Positions 19,036-28,876 of a stretch of 64,000 nucleotides of DNA are shown here, piece after piece. Source of the stretch: an uncultured Clostridia bacterium (GTDB lineage Bacteria > Bacillota > Clostridia > Oscillospirales > Acutalibacteraceae); the NCBI GenBank assembly GCA_944384905.1, contig CALWVE010000024.1:11415-75414 (forward strand), read 5' to 3'. Under the pieces are notes generated by a model that was not told the DNA's origin, did no database searches, and saw nothing but the letters and a program-made list of their open reading frames with translations. The position numbers and the translations under genes were made by a program. Within the stretch, counting starts at the first letter, position 1, and each line of letters begins with the position of its first letter.

Positions 19036-20133
19036 ATGTCAAAAGTATTGATCAGCCCCGGTAAATATTTGCAGGGCGCAGGAGAAATGAAAAACATCGG
19101 AACCTATGCCGCGGGTTACGGCAAAAAAGCACTGATCCTGATCAGCAACGGCGGCTATAAGCGCATCGGCGCCGAGATCGAAGAAAGCTTTGCCAAGACG
19201 GACTGCAAGGCTGTGTTTGATTATTTCGGCGGCGAATGCAGCAAGAACGAAATCAACCGTCTGCGCGGCGTGATGGATGAACAGGGCTGCGATCTGGTGA
19301 TCGGCATCGGCGGCGGCAAAATTTTTGATACCGCCAAGGCTGTGGCCTATTACTGCAAGACGCCTGTTGTGATCTGCCCCACAATCGCTTCCACGGACGC
19401 CCCGTGCAGCGCACTTTCGGTTATTTATACGGATGAAGGCGTGTTCGAAGAATACCTGTTCCTCCCGGCCAACCCCAACCTGGTTTTGATGGATACCGAT
19501 ATTATCGCAAAGTCGCCTGTTCGCCTGACGGTTTCCGGTATCGGCGACGCGCTGGCCACTTACTTTGAAGCACGCGCCTGCCAGCGTTCCGATGCAACGA
19601 CCTGTGCCGGCGGCAAAATCACCTGCGCGGCCATGGCGCTGGCTCGTCTGTGCTTCGATACGCTGATGGAAGAAGGACTCAAAGCCAAGCTGGCGCTGGA
19701 GGCCGGCGTCTGCACACCTTCCGTTGAAAAAATCATCGAAGCCAACACCCTACTTTCCGGACTGGGCTTTGAAAGCGGCGGTCTGGCGGGCGCCCATGCT
19801 ATCCACAACGGTCTGACGGTTCTGGAAGAATGCCATCATATGTATCACGGCGAAAAGGTGGCCTTCGGTACGATCACGCAGCTCGTTCTGGAAGATGTTC
19901 CGCTGGAAGAGCTGGAAGAGATCATCGGCTTCTGTGTAGAACTGGGCTTGCCTGTTACGCTGGGCGAACTCGGCGTAAAAGAAGTGACCCGCGAAAAGAT
20001 GATGGCGGTTGCCGAAGCGGCTTGTGCGGAAAATGACACGCTGCACAACATGCCGTTCGAAGTGACGCCCGAAAAAGTATGCGCCGCCCTGCTGGCTGCG
20101 GATGCTTACGGCCGCTACTATCTGAGCGATTGA
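19036..20133 (+). CDS. gldA: Glycerol dehydrogenase
   Basis: Near-colinear similarity to E. coli GldA (SPGKY.QGA, FGGECS.NEI.RLRG, GIGGGK..DTAKA, PTIASTDAPCSALSVIYTDEG, GIGDALATWFEARAC-like, HNGLT, YHGEKVAFGT). ATG 19036 has better spacing to aggagg than ATG 19030. Confidence 0.92.
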   Translation: MSKVLISPGKYLQGAGEMKNIGTYAAGYGKKALILISNGGYKRIGAEIEESFAKTDCKAVFDYFGGECSKNEINRLRGVMDEQGCDLVIGIGGGKIFDTAKAVAYYCKTPVVICPTIASTDAPCSALSVIYTDEGVFEEYLFLPANPNLVLMDTDIIAKSPVRLTVSGIGDALATYFEARACQRSDATTCAGGKITCAAMALARLCFDTLMEEGLKAKLALEAGVCTPSVEKIIEANTLLSGLGFESGGLAGAHAIHNGLTVLEECHHMYHGEKVAFGTITQLVLEDVPLEELEEIIGFCVELGLPVTLGELGVKEVTREKMMAVAEAACAENDTLHNMPFEVTPEKVCAALLAADAYGRYYLSD

Positions 20134-20147
20134 TTCTTTTGAATATG

Positions 20148-20190
20148 AAAAAAGGTTCTCTGCCCGCAGGCGGAGAACCTTTTGTTTTTT
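20148..20190. terminator. Bidirectional terminator between gldA and ddh
   Basis: Stem aaaaggttctc..gcc / ggcggagaacctttt followed by gtttttt. Confidence 0.75.
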
Positions 20191-20195
20191 GTATC

Positions 20196-21173
20196 TTACA
20201 GCAGATGGGCGCGCAGCTCTTCTCCCGAAAGCGGAGAAAGATCAGCCGGAGCCACATCGAATACCGTGCGGCAGCCGGTTTCGCCGCGGCCGAGCATCTT
20301 CATGGCGGCGCGGGCGTAGGCGACCAGTACGCTGGAAGTGAATTCCGGGTTGGAATCAAGCTTCAGGCTGTATTCGATCACGTGCGTGTTTTCTTCGTTC
20401 AGGCCGGTTTTGCCGGTGCGGATCACGGAACCGCCGTGCGGGATACCCTTGTGGTCGCGGTCGAGTTCTTCCTGAGAAATGAAATGCACCGTGGTGTCGT
20501 ATTCATCGAAATACTTGGGCATCGTCTTGATTTCGTTTTCGATGCGGGCAAGATCGGCGCCGGGCTTGGCCACTACATAGCACAGGCGGGTGTGCTTCTG
20601 GCGCGTGGTGAGCACAGGATTTTCACCGCGGCGCACGGCTTCCATCGCTTCCGGAACCGGGCAGGTGTACTGGCGGGCATCCTGCACGCCTTCGATGCGG
20701 CGAATGGCATCGGAATGGCCCTGGCTTACGCCCTTGCCCCAGAAGGTGTAGTCACTGCCCTGCGGCAGAACAGCGTTGGCATACAGGCGGTTGAGCGAGA
20801 ACAGACCCGGATCCCAGCCCACGGAAATCATGGCGATATGGCCGCCGGCTTTGGCGGCTTCGTCTACGCGCTTAAAATGAACCGGAATATCGGCATGGGT
20901 ATCGAAGCTGTCGATGACGTTGAAGTCTTTTGCCAGTTGGGGCGTCATGCCGGGCAGATCGGTGGCGCTGCCGCCGCAGAGGATCAACACATCAATTTCA
21001 TTTTTATAAAGAAGAATATCCTGCGCCGGGTATACTTTCACGCCGGTCAGCGTGTATACCTGTGCAGGATCGCGGCGCGAAAAAACGCCGAACAATTCCA
21101 TATCTGCATTCTGACGAACCGCGCATTCCACGCCGCGCCCCAGGTTGCCATAACCGTAAATAGCTACTTTCAT
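20196..21173 (-). CDS. ddh: meso-Diaminopimelate D-dehydrogenase
   Basis: Strong resemblance to C. glutamicum Ddh (VAIYGYGNLGRGVE, GVFSRR, GWDPG.FS.NR.YA, FWG.G.SQGHSDA.RRI.GV, MPHGG.VI). Start at MKVAIYG (ATG 21173-21171). Confidence 0.9.
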   Translation of the reverse strand: MKVAIYGYGNLGRGVECAVRQNADMELFGVFSRRDPAQVYTLTGVKVYPAQDILLYKNEIDVLILCGGSATDLPGMTPQLAKDFNVIDSFDTHADIPVHFKRVDEAAKAGGHIAMISVGWDPGLFSLNRLYANAVLPQGSDYTFWGKGVSQGHSDAIRRIEGVQDARQYTCPVPEAMEAVRRGENPVLTTRQKHTRLCYVVAKPGADLARIENEIKTMPKYFDEYDTTVHFISQEELDRDHKGIPHGGSVIRTGKTGLNEENTHVIEYSLKLDSNPEFTSSVLVAYARAAMKMLGRGETGCRTVFDVAPADLSPLSGEELRAHLL

Positions 21174-21365
21174 CGTGCAAACATCCTTTCCGAAATGAAC
21201 CGCCGCGTCTTGCGGCCTTGTTTCGGGCAAGCCCGAAATCTCTCATTTTCCATTGCAAAAGCCCCTTATACAGCTGCATCCGGCGGCTTTTACGGGTATT
21301 ATCATACCATATTTTGCAGAAATACACAACTGTTCATGCGTATAAGATCAAAACAAATCCAATTT

Positions 21366-21419
21366 TTTTACAAAAAGAACCGCCGCTGCAATTTGAGGAA
21401 TCGAAAATTGCAGCGGCGG
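21366..21419 (-). terminator. Rho-independent terminator after the TIM-barrel gene
   Basis: 14-bp stem ccgccgctgcaatt / aattgcagcggcgg, followed on the minus strand by ttcttttt. Confidence 0.75.
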
Positions 21420-21458
21420 CATTTATCCGTTTGTTCCGTTAAAAGGGTATGATTTCAA

Positions 21459-22325
21459 TTAGAAGCAATCGGCATAACCGATCTTCTTGAGGTATTCGGC
21501 GGAGATGCGCAGGCTTTCAAATTCATCGCGGCCGTAGGTGTCGTCCTGTTCCACGATCAGATATTTGCTGCCGGCGGCCAGACCAGCCTCGATGATGGCG
21601 GGCCAGTTCAGGTTGCCTTCGCCGATTTCGGCAAACTGCACGCAGTTCGGGAAATAATCCTTGAAGAAGCCCATCATAGCTTCCATACCTTCGCCCTGGA
21701 AAGCTTCGGGGGTGATTTCCTTGATGCGATAATCTTTCAGGTGCAGCAGGTCAAGGTTGCCCTTGCACTTGTTGATGATATCGATCGGATCGCAGCCGCC
21801 GCGCTGTACCCAGTGCACGTCGATTTCGTTGCCCAGATGCGGAGCGTTTTCGCTTACGATTTCGAAAACGGTCTTGCCGTCTTTCTTCTGGTATTCGGCG
21901 TGGTGGTTGTGATAATACAGCTTAATGCCGTGGGGAGCGAGCTTGAGGCAGATGTCTTCGCACAGAGCGGCATAAGCCTTCAGCTTTTCCATGGTGGCAA
22001 ATTCGGTGAACGGCATCATGCCGATACGGATGTATTTGCAACCCAGCTGGTTGCACTGATCGATGAAAACATCCAGGTTGTCAACCAGGTTCGGTTCATT
22101 GGGACCGCGGCTGGCGGTTCCGCCCGAAATGGAGCAAACTTCGATATCGAAATCTTTCTGTGCACGCTTGATTTCTTCGATGCTGGCGGGGCTCATATCA
22201 ACCTGAGAAAGCTCGATGCAATGATAGCCTACTTCGGCCATTTTCTTCAGCGTTTCATAAGGGCCCAGTTCTTTAAACTTGTTTTTGATGGTGGATGCCT
22301 GTACGGCAATTTTAGCTCTGCCCAT
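21459..22325 (-). CDS. Sugar phosphate isomerase/epimerase (xylose isomerase-like TIM barrel)
   Basis: Start at MGRAKIAV (ATG 22325-22323), behind RBS aaggagg. The pattern VGYHCIELSQ...IRIGMMP...YHNHHAEY...LHLKD...EIGEG is typical of AP-endonuclease-2/XI-like TIM barrels. Confidence 0.8.
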   Translation of the reverse strand: MGRAKIAVQASTIKNKFKELGPYETLKKMAEVGYHCIELSQVDMSPASIEEIKRAQKDFDIEVCSISGGTASRGPNEPNLVDNLDVFIDQCNQLGCKYIRIGMMPFTEFATMEKLKAYAALCEDICLKLAPHGIKLYYHNHHAEYQKKDGKTVFEIVSENAPHLGNEIDVHWVQRGGCDPIDIINKCKGNLDLLHLKDYRIKEITPEAFQGEGMEAMMGFFKDYFPNCVQFAEIGEGNLNWPAIIEAGLAAGSKYLIVEQDDTYGRDEFESLRISAEYLKKIGYADCF

Positions 22326-22404
22326 GGGTTTGTTCCTCCTTGATCTATTTTCTGTTGAAAAGGGACTGCGGCTTCCCGCAGCCCCTTTTTGTTTTATTGC
22401 TAGA

Positions 22405-23667
22405 TTAGTCGTTCTTGATGAGGTCGTATTTGCCTTCGGCTGCGATCTGCTTGTTGAGTTCTTCAATGTACAGATCTTCGTCGAAGTCGTAGTCAACCTT
22501 CTTGCCCGTCCAGCCGGAGAGCAGGATTGCGTCGGCCAGAGCCACGCCATTGATGCCGTCGGTACCGGGAGCGATGAGCGGCGTGCCGTCGATCATATGC
22601 AGAGCAAAGTTTTCGAGAACGCCTGCATGCTGGCCGCCCCACTGAGACGGATGTTCGATAACCTGTTCATCATACAGGTCGTTGCCGCCGCCGGCGGTGT
22701 TGCCCATGGTCAGACGATGTACAGCAGCCATATCCATGCTGTTGCTGATTTCGTCTTCGGTCATCTTCAGCTTCTTCACAACTGCGCGCTTGGAGTTGTC
22801 AACAACAACCTTACCCTTGTCGCACAGGATCTCCAGACGGTCGGTACCCAGTACGTCGTGGGTGCAGGTTACGAACACGCCGGTAGCGCCGTTCGGATAC
22901 TCGAACATGGCGGTTACTTCGTTTTCTACGGCGATGTCGCGATGGCAGCCCATCTGGATGTTGGCATAAACCGTCTTCGGCTTGCCGCACAGCCACTGGA
23001 TGAGGTCGAGCTGGTGAGGAGCCTGGTTAACCAGAACGCCGCCGCCTTCAAGACCCCAGGTGGCGCGCCATTCGCTGGAGTTGTAGTAGGACTGCGGACG
23101 CCACCAGGTGGTGATGATCCAGTTGACGCGGCGGATTTCGCCCAGTTCGCCGCTGTCCATGATCGCCTTCAGGTCGCGGTACAGCGGGTTGTTGCGCTGG
23201 TTGAACATGATGGCGAACGGAACTTCCGGATGAGCCTTGGAGAACTCATTGAGCTGACGAACCTGCTTGGTGTAAACACCGGCGGGCTTTTCGCAGATAA
23301 CCGGCATGCCGCGCTTGATGGCTTCGATGCCCATCACAGGATGCAGGTAGTGGGGAACGGTGGTGATAACGGCGTCTACGTTGCCGCTTTCGATCATTTC
23401 GATGTAATCGGTATAGTAAGGAACAGCTTCGTATTTTTCTTTGATGGTGGCAGCCAGTTTATCAACTTCTTCTTCCGGTGTGCCCGCGAACTTCGCCATC
23501 ATTTTGGCGTTGCCGATGATGCGGCCGCAACCCGCCTCATAAGCCTCGCGGCTGATATCGCAAATAGCGCCCAGTTCCATATGCGGAACGAGACCCTGGA
23601 AGATCAAACCGGCGTACGTTGTACCCTGGTTGCCGATACCAATGATACCAAGTCTGATTTTTTTCAT
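22405..23667 (-). CDS. Gfo/Idh/MocA family NAD(P)-dependent oxidoreductase
   Basis: N-terminal Rossmann motif MKKIRLGIIGIGNQG and the EKP motif (VICEKPAG). It is 420 aa, longer than average for the family. Confidence 0.85.
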   Translation of the reverse strand: MKKIRLGIIGIGNQGTTYAGLIFQGLVPHMELGAICDISREAYEAGCGRIIGNAKMMAKFAGTPEEEVDKLAATIKEKYEAVPYYTDYIEMIESGNVDAVITTVPHYLHPVMGIEAIKRGMPVICEKPAGVYTKQVRQLNEFSKAHPEVPFAIMFNQRNNPLYRDLKAIMDSGELGEIRRVNWIITTWWRPQSYYNSSEWRATWGLEGGGVLVNQAPHQLDLIQWLCGKPKTVYANIQMGCHRDIAVENEVTAMFEYPNGATGVFVTCTHDVLGTDRLEILCDKGKVVVDNSKRAVVKKLKMTEDEISNSMDMAAVHRLTMGNTAGGGNDLYDEQVIEHPSQWGGQHAGVLENFALHMIDGTPLIAPGTDGINGVALADAILLSGWTGKKVDYDFDEDLYIEELNKQIAAEGKYDLIKND

Positions 23668-23782
23668 ATACCTTCCTCGTTTCTGTTGAAATTTTTGTAC
23701 TTTTATTATATAGTATAACTATCTGCAAATTCTTCGCGTATATTGCTTGTTTTATTGCAAATCCTGCAAAGGAGGGGCCAAA

Positions 23783-24640
23783 ATGGCGCAGCGGGAACGA
23801 AATCTTCCGTTTGTACATGTCTCGCGGGTGCGTTCGCACCTGCCGTATAATGCCGATTTTCACCTGCATGAAAATTATGAAATCTATCTGCTGATCGACG
23901 GGCAGCTTGATTATTTTGTAGAACATACCTGCTATCGGCTCACGCCGGGCAGCCTGATTTTGTTCGACGACAAAACGATTCATAAATGCAGCAATGCACT
24001 GGATACGGCTTACGAACGGGCAACCGTGCATTTTAATCCGTATATTGCCAGAGGGCTTGGAACCGACAAAACCGATCTCTTGGCGTGTTTTCAAACGATT
24101 GCGCAGCGCACCAATATTGTGCAGCTTACACCTGCCGAAATCGAAGAATATCTCGCTTTGGCCGACCGAATTTTGCGCCTTCGTTTCGACCGCAGAAACG
24201 GCACGGATGTTTTGCAGCGCGCCTGCCTGATGGAACTGCTCGTGTTGGTCAACCGCTGTTTTTCCGCGCGGAAATCGACGGCACAGGCTTCCCAGCCCGC
24301 CAAAGTAACGGTTTCGCGCCTGCGTCCGCTGCTCGATTACATCGATAACCACTTAACGGAAGATCTTTCGCTGGACGCGCTGGCGCAGGGGCTTTCGATG
24401 AGCAAATCAAATATTTCTCATATCTTTAAAGAAGAAACCGGCAGTACGCCCTCGCGTTACATCACCACCCGCCGCATTGCGCTGGCCAAACATCTTTTGC
24501 GCAGCGGCTGTACCGTAACGGAAGCCTGTATGCAGTCGGGGTTTAACGATTACGCCAATTTTATCCGCGTATTCAAAACAGCCACCGGCGTTTCTCCGGG
24601 ACAGTATAAAAAAGACGCACTTTCCGCACAGGAACTATAA
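23783..24640 (+). CDS. AraC family transcriptional regulator (cupin + HTH)
   Basis: ATG 23783 sits behind aaaggagg. It has an N-terminal cupin-like sensor and a C-terminal AraC HTH (LSMSKSNISHIFKEETG..PSRYIT.RRI..AK.LL...GFNDYANFIRVFK...G.SPGQY). It is divergent from the oxidoreductase operon. Confidence 0.85.
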   Translation: MAQRERNLPFVHVSRVRSHLPYNADFHLHENYEIYLLIDGQLDYFVEHTCYRLTPGSLILFDDKTIHKCSNALDTAYERATVHFNPYIARGLGTDKTDLLACFQTIAQRTNIVQLTPAEIEEYLALADRILRLRFDRRNGTDVLQRACLMELLVLVNRCFSARKSTAQASQPAKVTVSRLRPLLDYIDNHLTEDLSLDALAQGLSMSKSNISHIFKEETGSTPSRYITTRRIALAKHLLRSGCTVTEACMQSGFNDYANFIRVFKTATGVSPGQYKKDALSAQEL

Positions 24641-24680
24641 AAAACAGACCTCACGCAAAACGCGGAGGTCTGTTTTTCTT
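24640..24680. terminator. Bidirectional terminator
   Basis: Stem aaacagacctc / gaggtctgttt followed by a T-run. Confidence 0.75.
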
Positions 24681-24685
24681 ATGGA

Positions 24686-26089
24686 TCAAGTTTTAGAATT
24701 GGCTGGGTTTTCATCCGGCAGTTTTAATTCCTTGGCTACGCGCACATAGAGAATCGTTGTAACTGCGAATGTAAACACATCCGAAACGGCCTGCGCCATC
24801 TGCACGCCCAGCAAGTCGAAGATCAGCGGCAGAATCAGCAGCGCGGGGATGAAGAACAAGCCCTGACGAGACGCCGCCAATGTGGAGGCATACAGCGTTT
24901 TGCCCATGGTCTGCATCATCATGTTGTTCATGACGATCCAGCCGCCCAGCGGGAAGGTGATGCACTGCAGGCGCAGTGTGAGCGCGCCGATCTCGATAAC
25001 CTGCGGGTCATCCCGGAAAATACCGATGATCTGTGGCGCAAACGCAAGGCCGGCCGCCGAAAGAACCAGCAGAAGTACGGAGGAAATTTTCACGCAGAAC
25101 CAGAATGCTTCCAGTACGCGGCTGTATTTTTTCGCGCCGTAGTTAAAGCCGCATACAGGCTGGAATCCCTGACCGAAACCGATCAGTGCGGAGTTGGCAA
25201 ACATCACAACGCGGCTGACAACGGACATGGCCGCGATAGCCGCGTCGCCGTAGGGGTTGGCCACAATGTTGAGCGTCATGGTCGCCACGCTGCCCAGACC
25301 CTGGCGGAACAGCGAGGGTAGGCCGCCGCCCGCGATTTCCTTGAGCCGCATCGGTGTAAAGGCTACGCTGCGCAGACGGATCGGAATGCAGCCGGAAACC
25401 CGTGCGCCGACAAACAACAGGATAAAGCTGAGGAACTGGCTGATGATTGTGGCCAGCGCCGCGCCGGAAATGCCCATGTCAAATACAAAAATAAACAGCG
25501 GGTCCAAAAAGATATTCAGCACGCCGCCGGTGGTGATGCCGATCATCGCGAAAAAGGCGTTGCCCTGAAAACGAATCTGGTTATTGAGCACGAGCTGCGC
25601 CGTCATGTAGGGCGCGCCGATCAGGATGATGCTTAAATAGGCTTTGGTGTAGGGCAGGATCGTATCGGTAGAGCCGAGAAGTCTGGAAAGCGGATCGAGA
25701 AAAACAAGTCCCAGAATCATAACGACAAAACCGAGAATCAGCGCCATAAAAAAGCCTGTGGAGGCCAGCTGTTCGGCGGAACGATTGTCCTTGGAGCCGA
25801 GCTTTCGCGAAATGGAGTTGCCCGAACCATGTCCGCAGAAAAAGCCCAGCGCCTGAATAATCGCCATGACGGGGAACACGACGCCTACGGCTGCCGTGGC
25901 GCTGGTGCTGATTTTACCGACGAAAAACGTATCGGCCATGTTGTAAATCGAGGTAATCAGCATGCTGATTACGGTGGGAACCGAAAGACGGCCAATCAGG
26001 CCCGGAATCGGCGATTCCGTCATCATACGAAATTTTTCTTCCTGAGATAAGATCTTAGGCAATGGAAGCACTTCCTCTTTTAGAAACAT
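24686..26089 (-). CDS. MATE family efflux transporter
   Basis: MATE N-terminal pattern (IPGLIGRLSVPTVISMLITSIYNMADTFFVG) and about 12 TM segments. The start is uncertain: ATG 26089 or the internal MMTES. Confidence 0.85.
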   Translation of the reverse strand: MFLKEEVLPLPKILSQEEKFRMMTESPIPGLIGRLSVPTVISMLITSIYNMADTFFVGKISTSATAAVGVVFPVMAIIQALGFFCGHGSGNSISRKLGSKDNRSAEQLASTGFFMALILGFVVMILGLVFLDPLSRLLGSTDTILPYTKAYLSIILIGAPYMTAQLVLNNQIRFQGNAFFAMIGITTGGVLNIFLDPLFIFVFDMGISGAALATIISQFLSFILLFVGARVSGCIPIRLRSVAFTPMRLKEIAGGGLPSLFRQGLGSVATMTLNIVANPYGDAAIAAMSVVSRVVMFANSALIGFGQGFQPVCGFNYGAKKYSRVLEAFWFCVKISSVLLLVLSAAGLAFAPQIIGIFRDDPQVIEIGALTLRLQCITFPLGGWIVMNNMMMQTMGKTLYASTLAASRQGLFFIPALLILPLIFDLLGVQMAQAVSDVFTFAVTTILYVRVAKELKLPDENPANSKT

Positions 26090-26197
26090 TCACCTATTTA
26101 AAATAGCACAAAAACTTTCGTTTTGCAACTAATCTTTTAAAATGAACGGCCCTCGGCCCTTGTAAAAAGGGAAGAGGACCGTTTTGTTTTGTAAAAA

Positions 26198-27316
26198 TCA
26201 ATAGCGGCCGTACTGCTGGATGGCGTACATAACCGCACGCATGCTGGTGAGCAAAGAGCCGTTGTTGATAGAACCGGCCGTGCTCAGGTTCAGACCGCGG
26301 GTACCGGTGGAGCGGATGGCTTCGCAGTCGCGCTTGACTTCGGCAATGATGTCGTCTTCGTTGTTGCGCATAAACGTAAACGGAGCCAGCTGGCCGTCGA
26401 TACGGGTGTTGGGCATATAGCGGCGGATGTCTTCCACTTTTACGGTAGGCCCAAAGTTGCAGCCCGTCAGGTTCAGTCTGCCCAGAATGGGAAGCAGATG
26501 ACCCATGGCGGAGTCGGAATGCTGATAGCGGTTGTCTTCCGGATTCGGTGCGCAAAGCGCAAATACTTCCTTCAAGATCGGATAACCGAACGCTTCATAC
26601 ATTTCGGGCGTGAACAGGTTGCAGTCGTCATCGTAAAAAGCAAATTTATGCGGCGCTGTTTCCATCGTCAGTCCGGCTTCACGGGTGGAAACGCGGATAT
26701 AAGTAAGAATAACGCGGAGAATTGTCTGGCTAAAACGGGTGAACAATTCCGGCTCGTCATAATACAGATAAATCAGATTTTCGGCGCCGAAAATAGAAGA
26801 AGCCAGCGTGACAGGGCCGCGTACACTGCGCCACGGAGCCGGACGGGTGCCGCACAGTTCGAATACACGCTTCTTTTCGGCATACCAGTTATCCGGCAGG
26901 ATGAAGTCTTCCAGGTCCATCTTGTCTACACGGTCGAGTACAGCTTCCAGTTCTTCGGGCGTAGAGCAGGAACCTTTCAGCCAGGTTACGTTGTTATCAA
27001 AAACATACTCACCGCCGAAAACTTCGCCGATTCCGCGGTAAGCGGGCAAAATTTCTTCGTCGCGCGGGAAATCTTCGCGCAGCAGGCGGCGGCCGACAAT
27101 TTTTTCGGCCAGATCGTTGTAGCGCTTGTTCAGCTCAATCCGGCGGTCACGCGGGGTAGTGCCCCACGGGTTGCCCGGCTCGTTCAGCTCGGCAAACACG
27201 CATTCGTCGCTCATGCGGATGCCGAGTGCTACCTGAGGTGCGTCTTTCGAAAAACAATTGTCGCGATGGGCCAGTTCGTCATCGGCCCAGAATCGTTCCA
27301 GATCAACCGGTTTCAT
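26198..27316 (-). CDS. Uroporphyrinogen decarboxylase (URO-D) superfamily protein, MtaA/methyltransferase-like
   Basis: Start at MKPVDLERF (ATG 27316-27314), behind gggagg. Size and overall pattern fit URO-D-family proteins common in anaerobic Clostridia. The specific activity cannot be assigned. Confidence 0.65.
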   Translation of the reverse strand: MKPVDLERFWADDELAHRDNCFSKDAPQVALGIRMSDECVFAELNEPGNPWGTTPRDRRIELNKRYNDLAEKIVGRRLLREDFPRDEEILPAYRGIGEVFGGEYVFDNNVTWLKGSCSTPEELEAVLDRVDKMDLEDFILPDNWYAEKKRVFELCGTRPAPWRSVRGPVTLASSIFGAENLIYLYYDEPELFTRFSQTILRVILTYIRVSTREAGLTMETAPHKFAFYDDDCNLFTPEMYEAFGYPILKEVFALCAPNPEDNRYQHSDSAMGHLLPILGRLNLTGCNFGPTVKVEDIRRYMPNTRIDGQLAPFTFMRNNEDDIIAEVKRDCEAIRSTGTRGLNLSTAGSINNGSLLTSMRAVMYAIQQYGRY

Positions 27317-27466
27317 ACTTTTTCCTCCCAGCGTATGAATTTGCATTTAAACAGATAAATCTTCCGCTTGAAGATTTATTCTGCTATAATTGTAGCAAGA
27401 CTTTGCAGAACTGTCCATAGATAAACCAAATCACATTTGCACAAATTACACTTTTTGGAGGAAACC

Positions 27467-28210
27467 GTGGATCTCTCGATTAAACGTTTCGTACATAAAT
27501 GGTGTTCCCCGCAATGGGAACTGCAGCCCGAACATATCCCGATTTGCGACCTGACTTTCGTACTGGATGGAAGCGTCGTTTATTATTCTCAAAACGGGGT
27601 TCATCTGCTTAAGTCCGGACAGGCTGTTTTTCTGCCGCAGGGTAGTTTCCGCTGCGCCCAGACCAAAGGCATGGAATGCGCCGCGTTTAATTTCTGCGTA
27701 TCCCAGCCGCTTCCCTGGCAGGCGGGGATTCTCGATTGGGAACACGACAAGCTGCTGCTGCGCTATTTTGCCGATTTCGAAACGGCCTGGATCGGCCTGG
27801 ATGAGGGTCGGGATTTATACTGCCAGGGGATGCTGATGCTGATCCTGCATCGATTGCAGGCGCTTTCCAAACAGCGAACCGGCAATCCGCATGTGCCGGT
27901 GATTCGGCGGTATCTTGAAGAACATTATCTGGAACCCATTACCGTAGAGGAAGTTGCGCGCGCCGTGGGACTGCATCCCACCTACTGCGGGGCGCTGTTT
28001 CGCCGCGAAACAGGACGCACCATTTTGCAGACGGTGAATTTATTGCGCATCAACCGCGCCACGGCTTTGCTGGAATACGGCGTATCCGGCATAACGGAAA
28101 CCGCCATGGACTGCGGTTTTTCCGATTTGTTCTATTTCAGCCGCGTGTTTAAGCAGATCACCGGCCTTTCGCCCTCGCAGTTTGCGGCGGAACACCGGCA
28201 AGTTGAGTAA
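27467..28210 (+). CDS. AraC family transcriptional regulator
   Basis: GTG 27467 sits behind ggagga. C-terminal AraC HTH (VARAVGLHPTYCGALFRRETG...GFSDLFYFSRVFKQITGLSPSQF). It is divergent from the URO-D-like gene. Confidence 0.8.
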   Translation: MDLSIKRFVHKWCSPQWELQPEHIPICDLTFVLDGSVVYYSQNGVHLLKSGQAVFLPQGSFRCAQTKGMECAAFNFCVSQPLPWQAGILDWEHDKLLLRYFADFETAWIGLDEGRDLYCQGMLMLILHRLQALSKQRTGNPHVPVIRRYLEEHYLEPITVEEVARAVGLHPTYCGALFRRETGRTILQTVNLLRINRATALLEYGVSGITETAMDCGFSDLFYFSRVFKQITGLSPSQFAAEHRQVE

Positions 28211-28876
28211 TCAGGCGTCTGCGATTTTGAGCAGTTCCAGCGCATCGCCGACGATGTAATCGGCGCCGTTTGCGCGCAGTTCGTCTTCGTCGCGGAATCC
28301 CCACAGCACCCCGGCGGTGACGGCGCCGGCGTTTTTGCCCGTCTGCATGTCCACCTTGGTGTCGCCGACATACAGGCAGTGCGCCGGTTCCACACCCAGT
28401 GTATCTAAAATAGAAAATACGGCGTCGGGCGCGGGTTTCTTCGGTATGCCGTCGAGCTGACCGCGCACCACGGCGAATGTATCGCGCGGGAACAGTCCGT
28501 TTACCACGGCGCGCGTCATGTCGTCCGGCTTGTTGGAAAGGACGGCGCAGGGGATTCCCCGGTTTTTCAGGCCATCAAGCAGCTGCCCAATATGCGGATA
28601 AACCGTGACCAGCCGCAGCGGTTCGGCGGCATAGGCGTCGTCATAGACCGCGCATACCCGGCGGAACAGGTCGCCGTCTTCGGGCTGGCCGAGCGTTTTG
28701 AGCATACGCCGCACCAGGGTATCCCGCCCGTTGCCCACCAGATAACGGTAGGCGTCTGTTTCGATAGCGGGCAAGCCGCAGGCCGCAAGCGCTTCGTTGC
28801 CAAAAGAGGCGATGGAAGTGAGCGTGTTGGCCAGTGTGCCGTCGAGATCAAATAAAACTGCTTGAATGGAACGCAT
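28211..28876 (-). CDS. HAD-superfamily hydrolase (phosphoglycolate phosphatase-like, subfamily IA)
   Basis: DLDGTL motif I near the N-terminus (AVLFDLDGTLANT), SNK motif (AVLSNKP) and GD motif (YVGDTKVDMQTG). Start at MRSIQ, behind aggagg. Confidence 0.85.
   Translation of the reverse strand: MRSIQAVLFDLDGTLANTLTSIASFGNEALAACGLPAIETDAYRYLVGNGRDTLVRRMLKTLGQPEDGDLFRRVCAVYDDAYAAEPLRLVTVYPHIGQLLDGLKNRGIPCAVLSNKPDDMTRAVVNGLFPRDTFAVVRGQLDGIPKKPAPDAVFSILDTLGVEPAHCLYVGDTKVDMQTGKNAGAVTAGVLWGFRDEDELRANGADYIVGDALELLKIADA

Noticed and set aside
21174-21370. Possible lysine (L-box) riboswitch in the ~200-nt leader of ddh.
   Set aside because: I could not find the conserved L-box core elements (AGAGGCGC start, GAGGGG/turn motifs, five-helix junction pattern). 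Only ordinary sequence with one weak hairpin is present.
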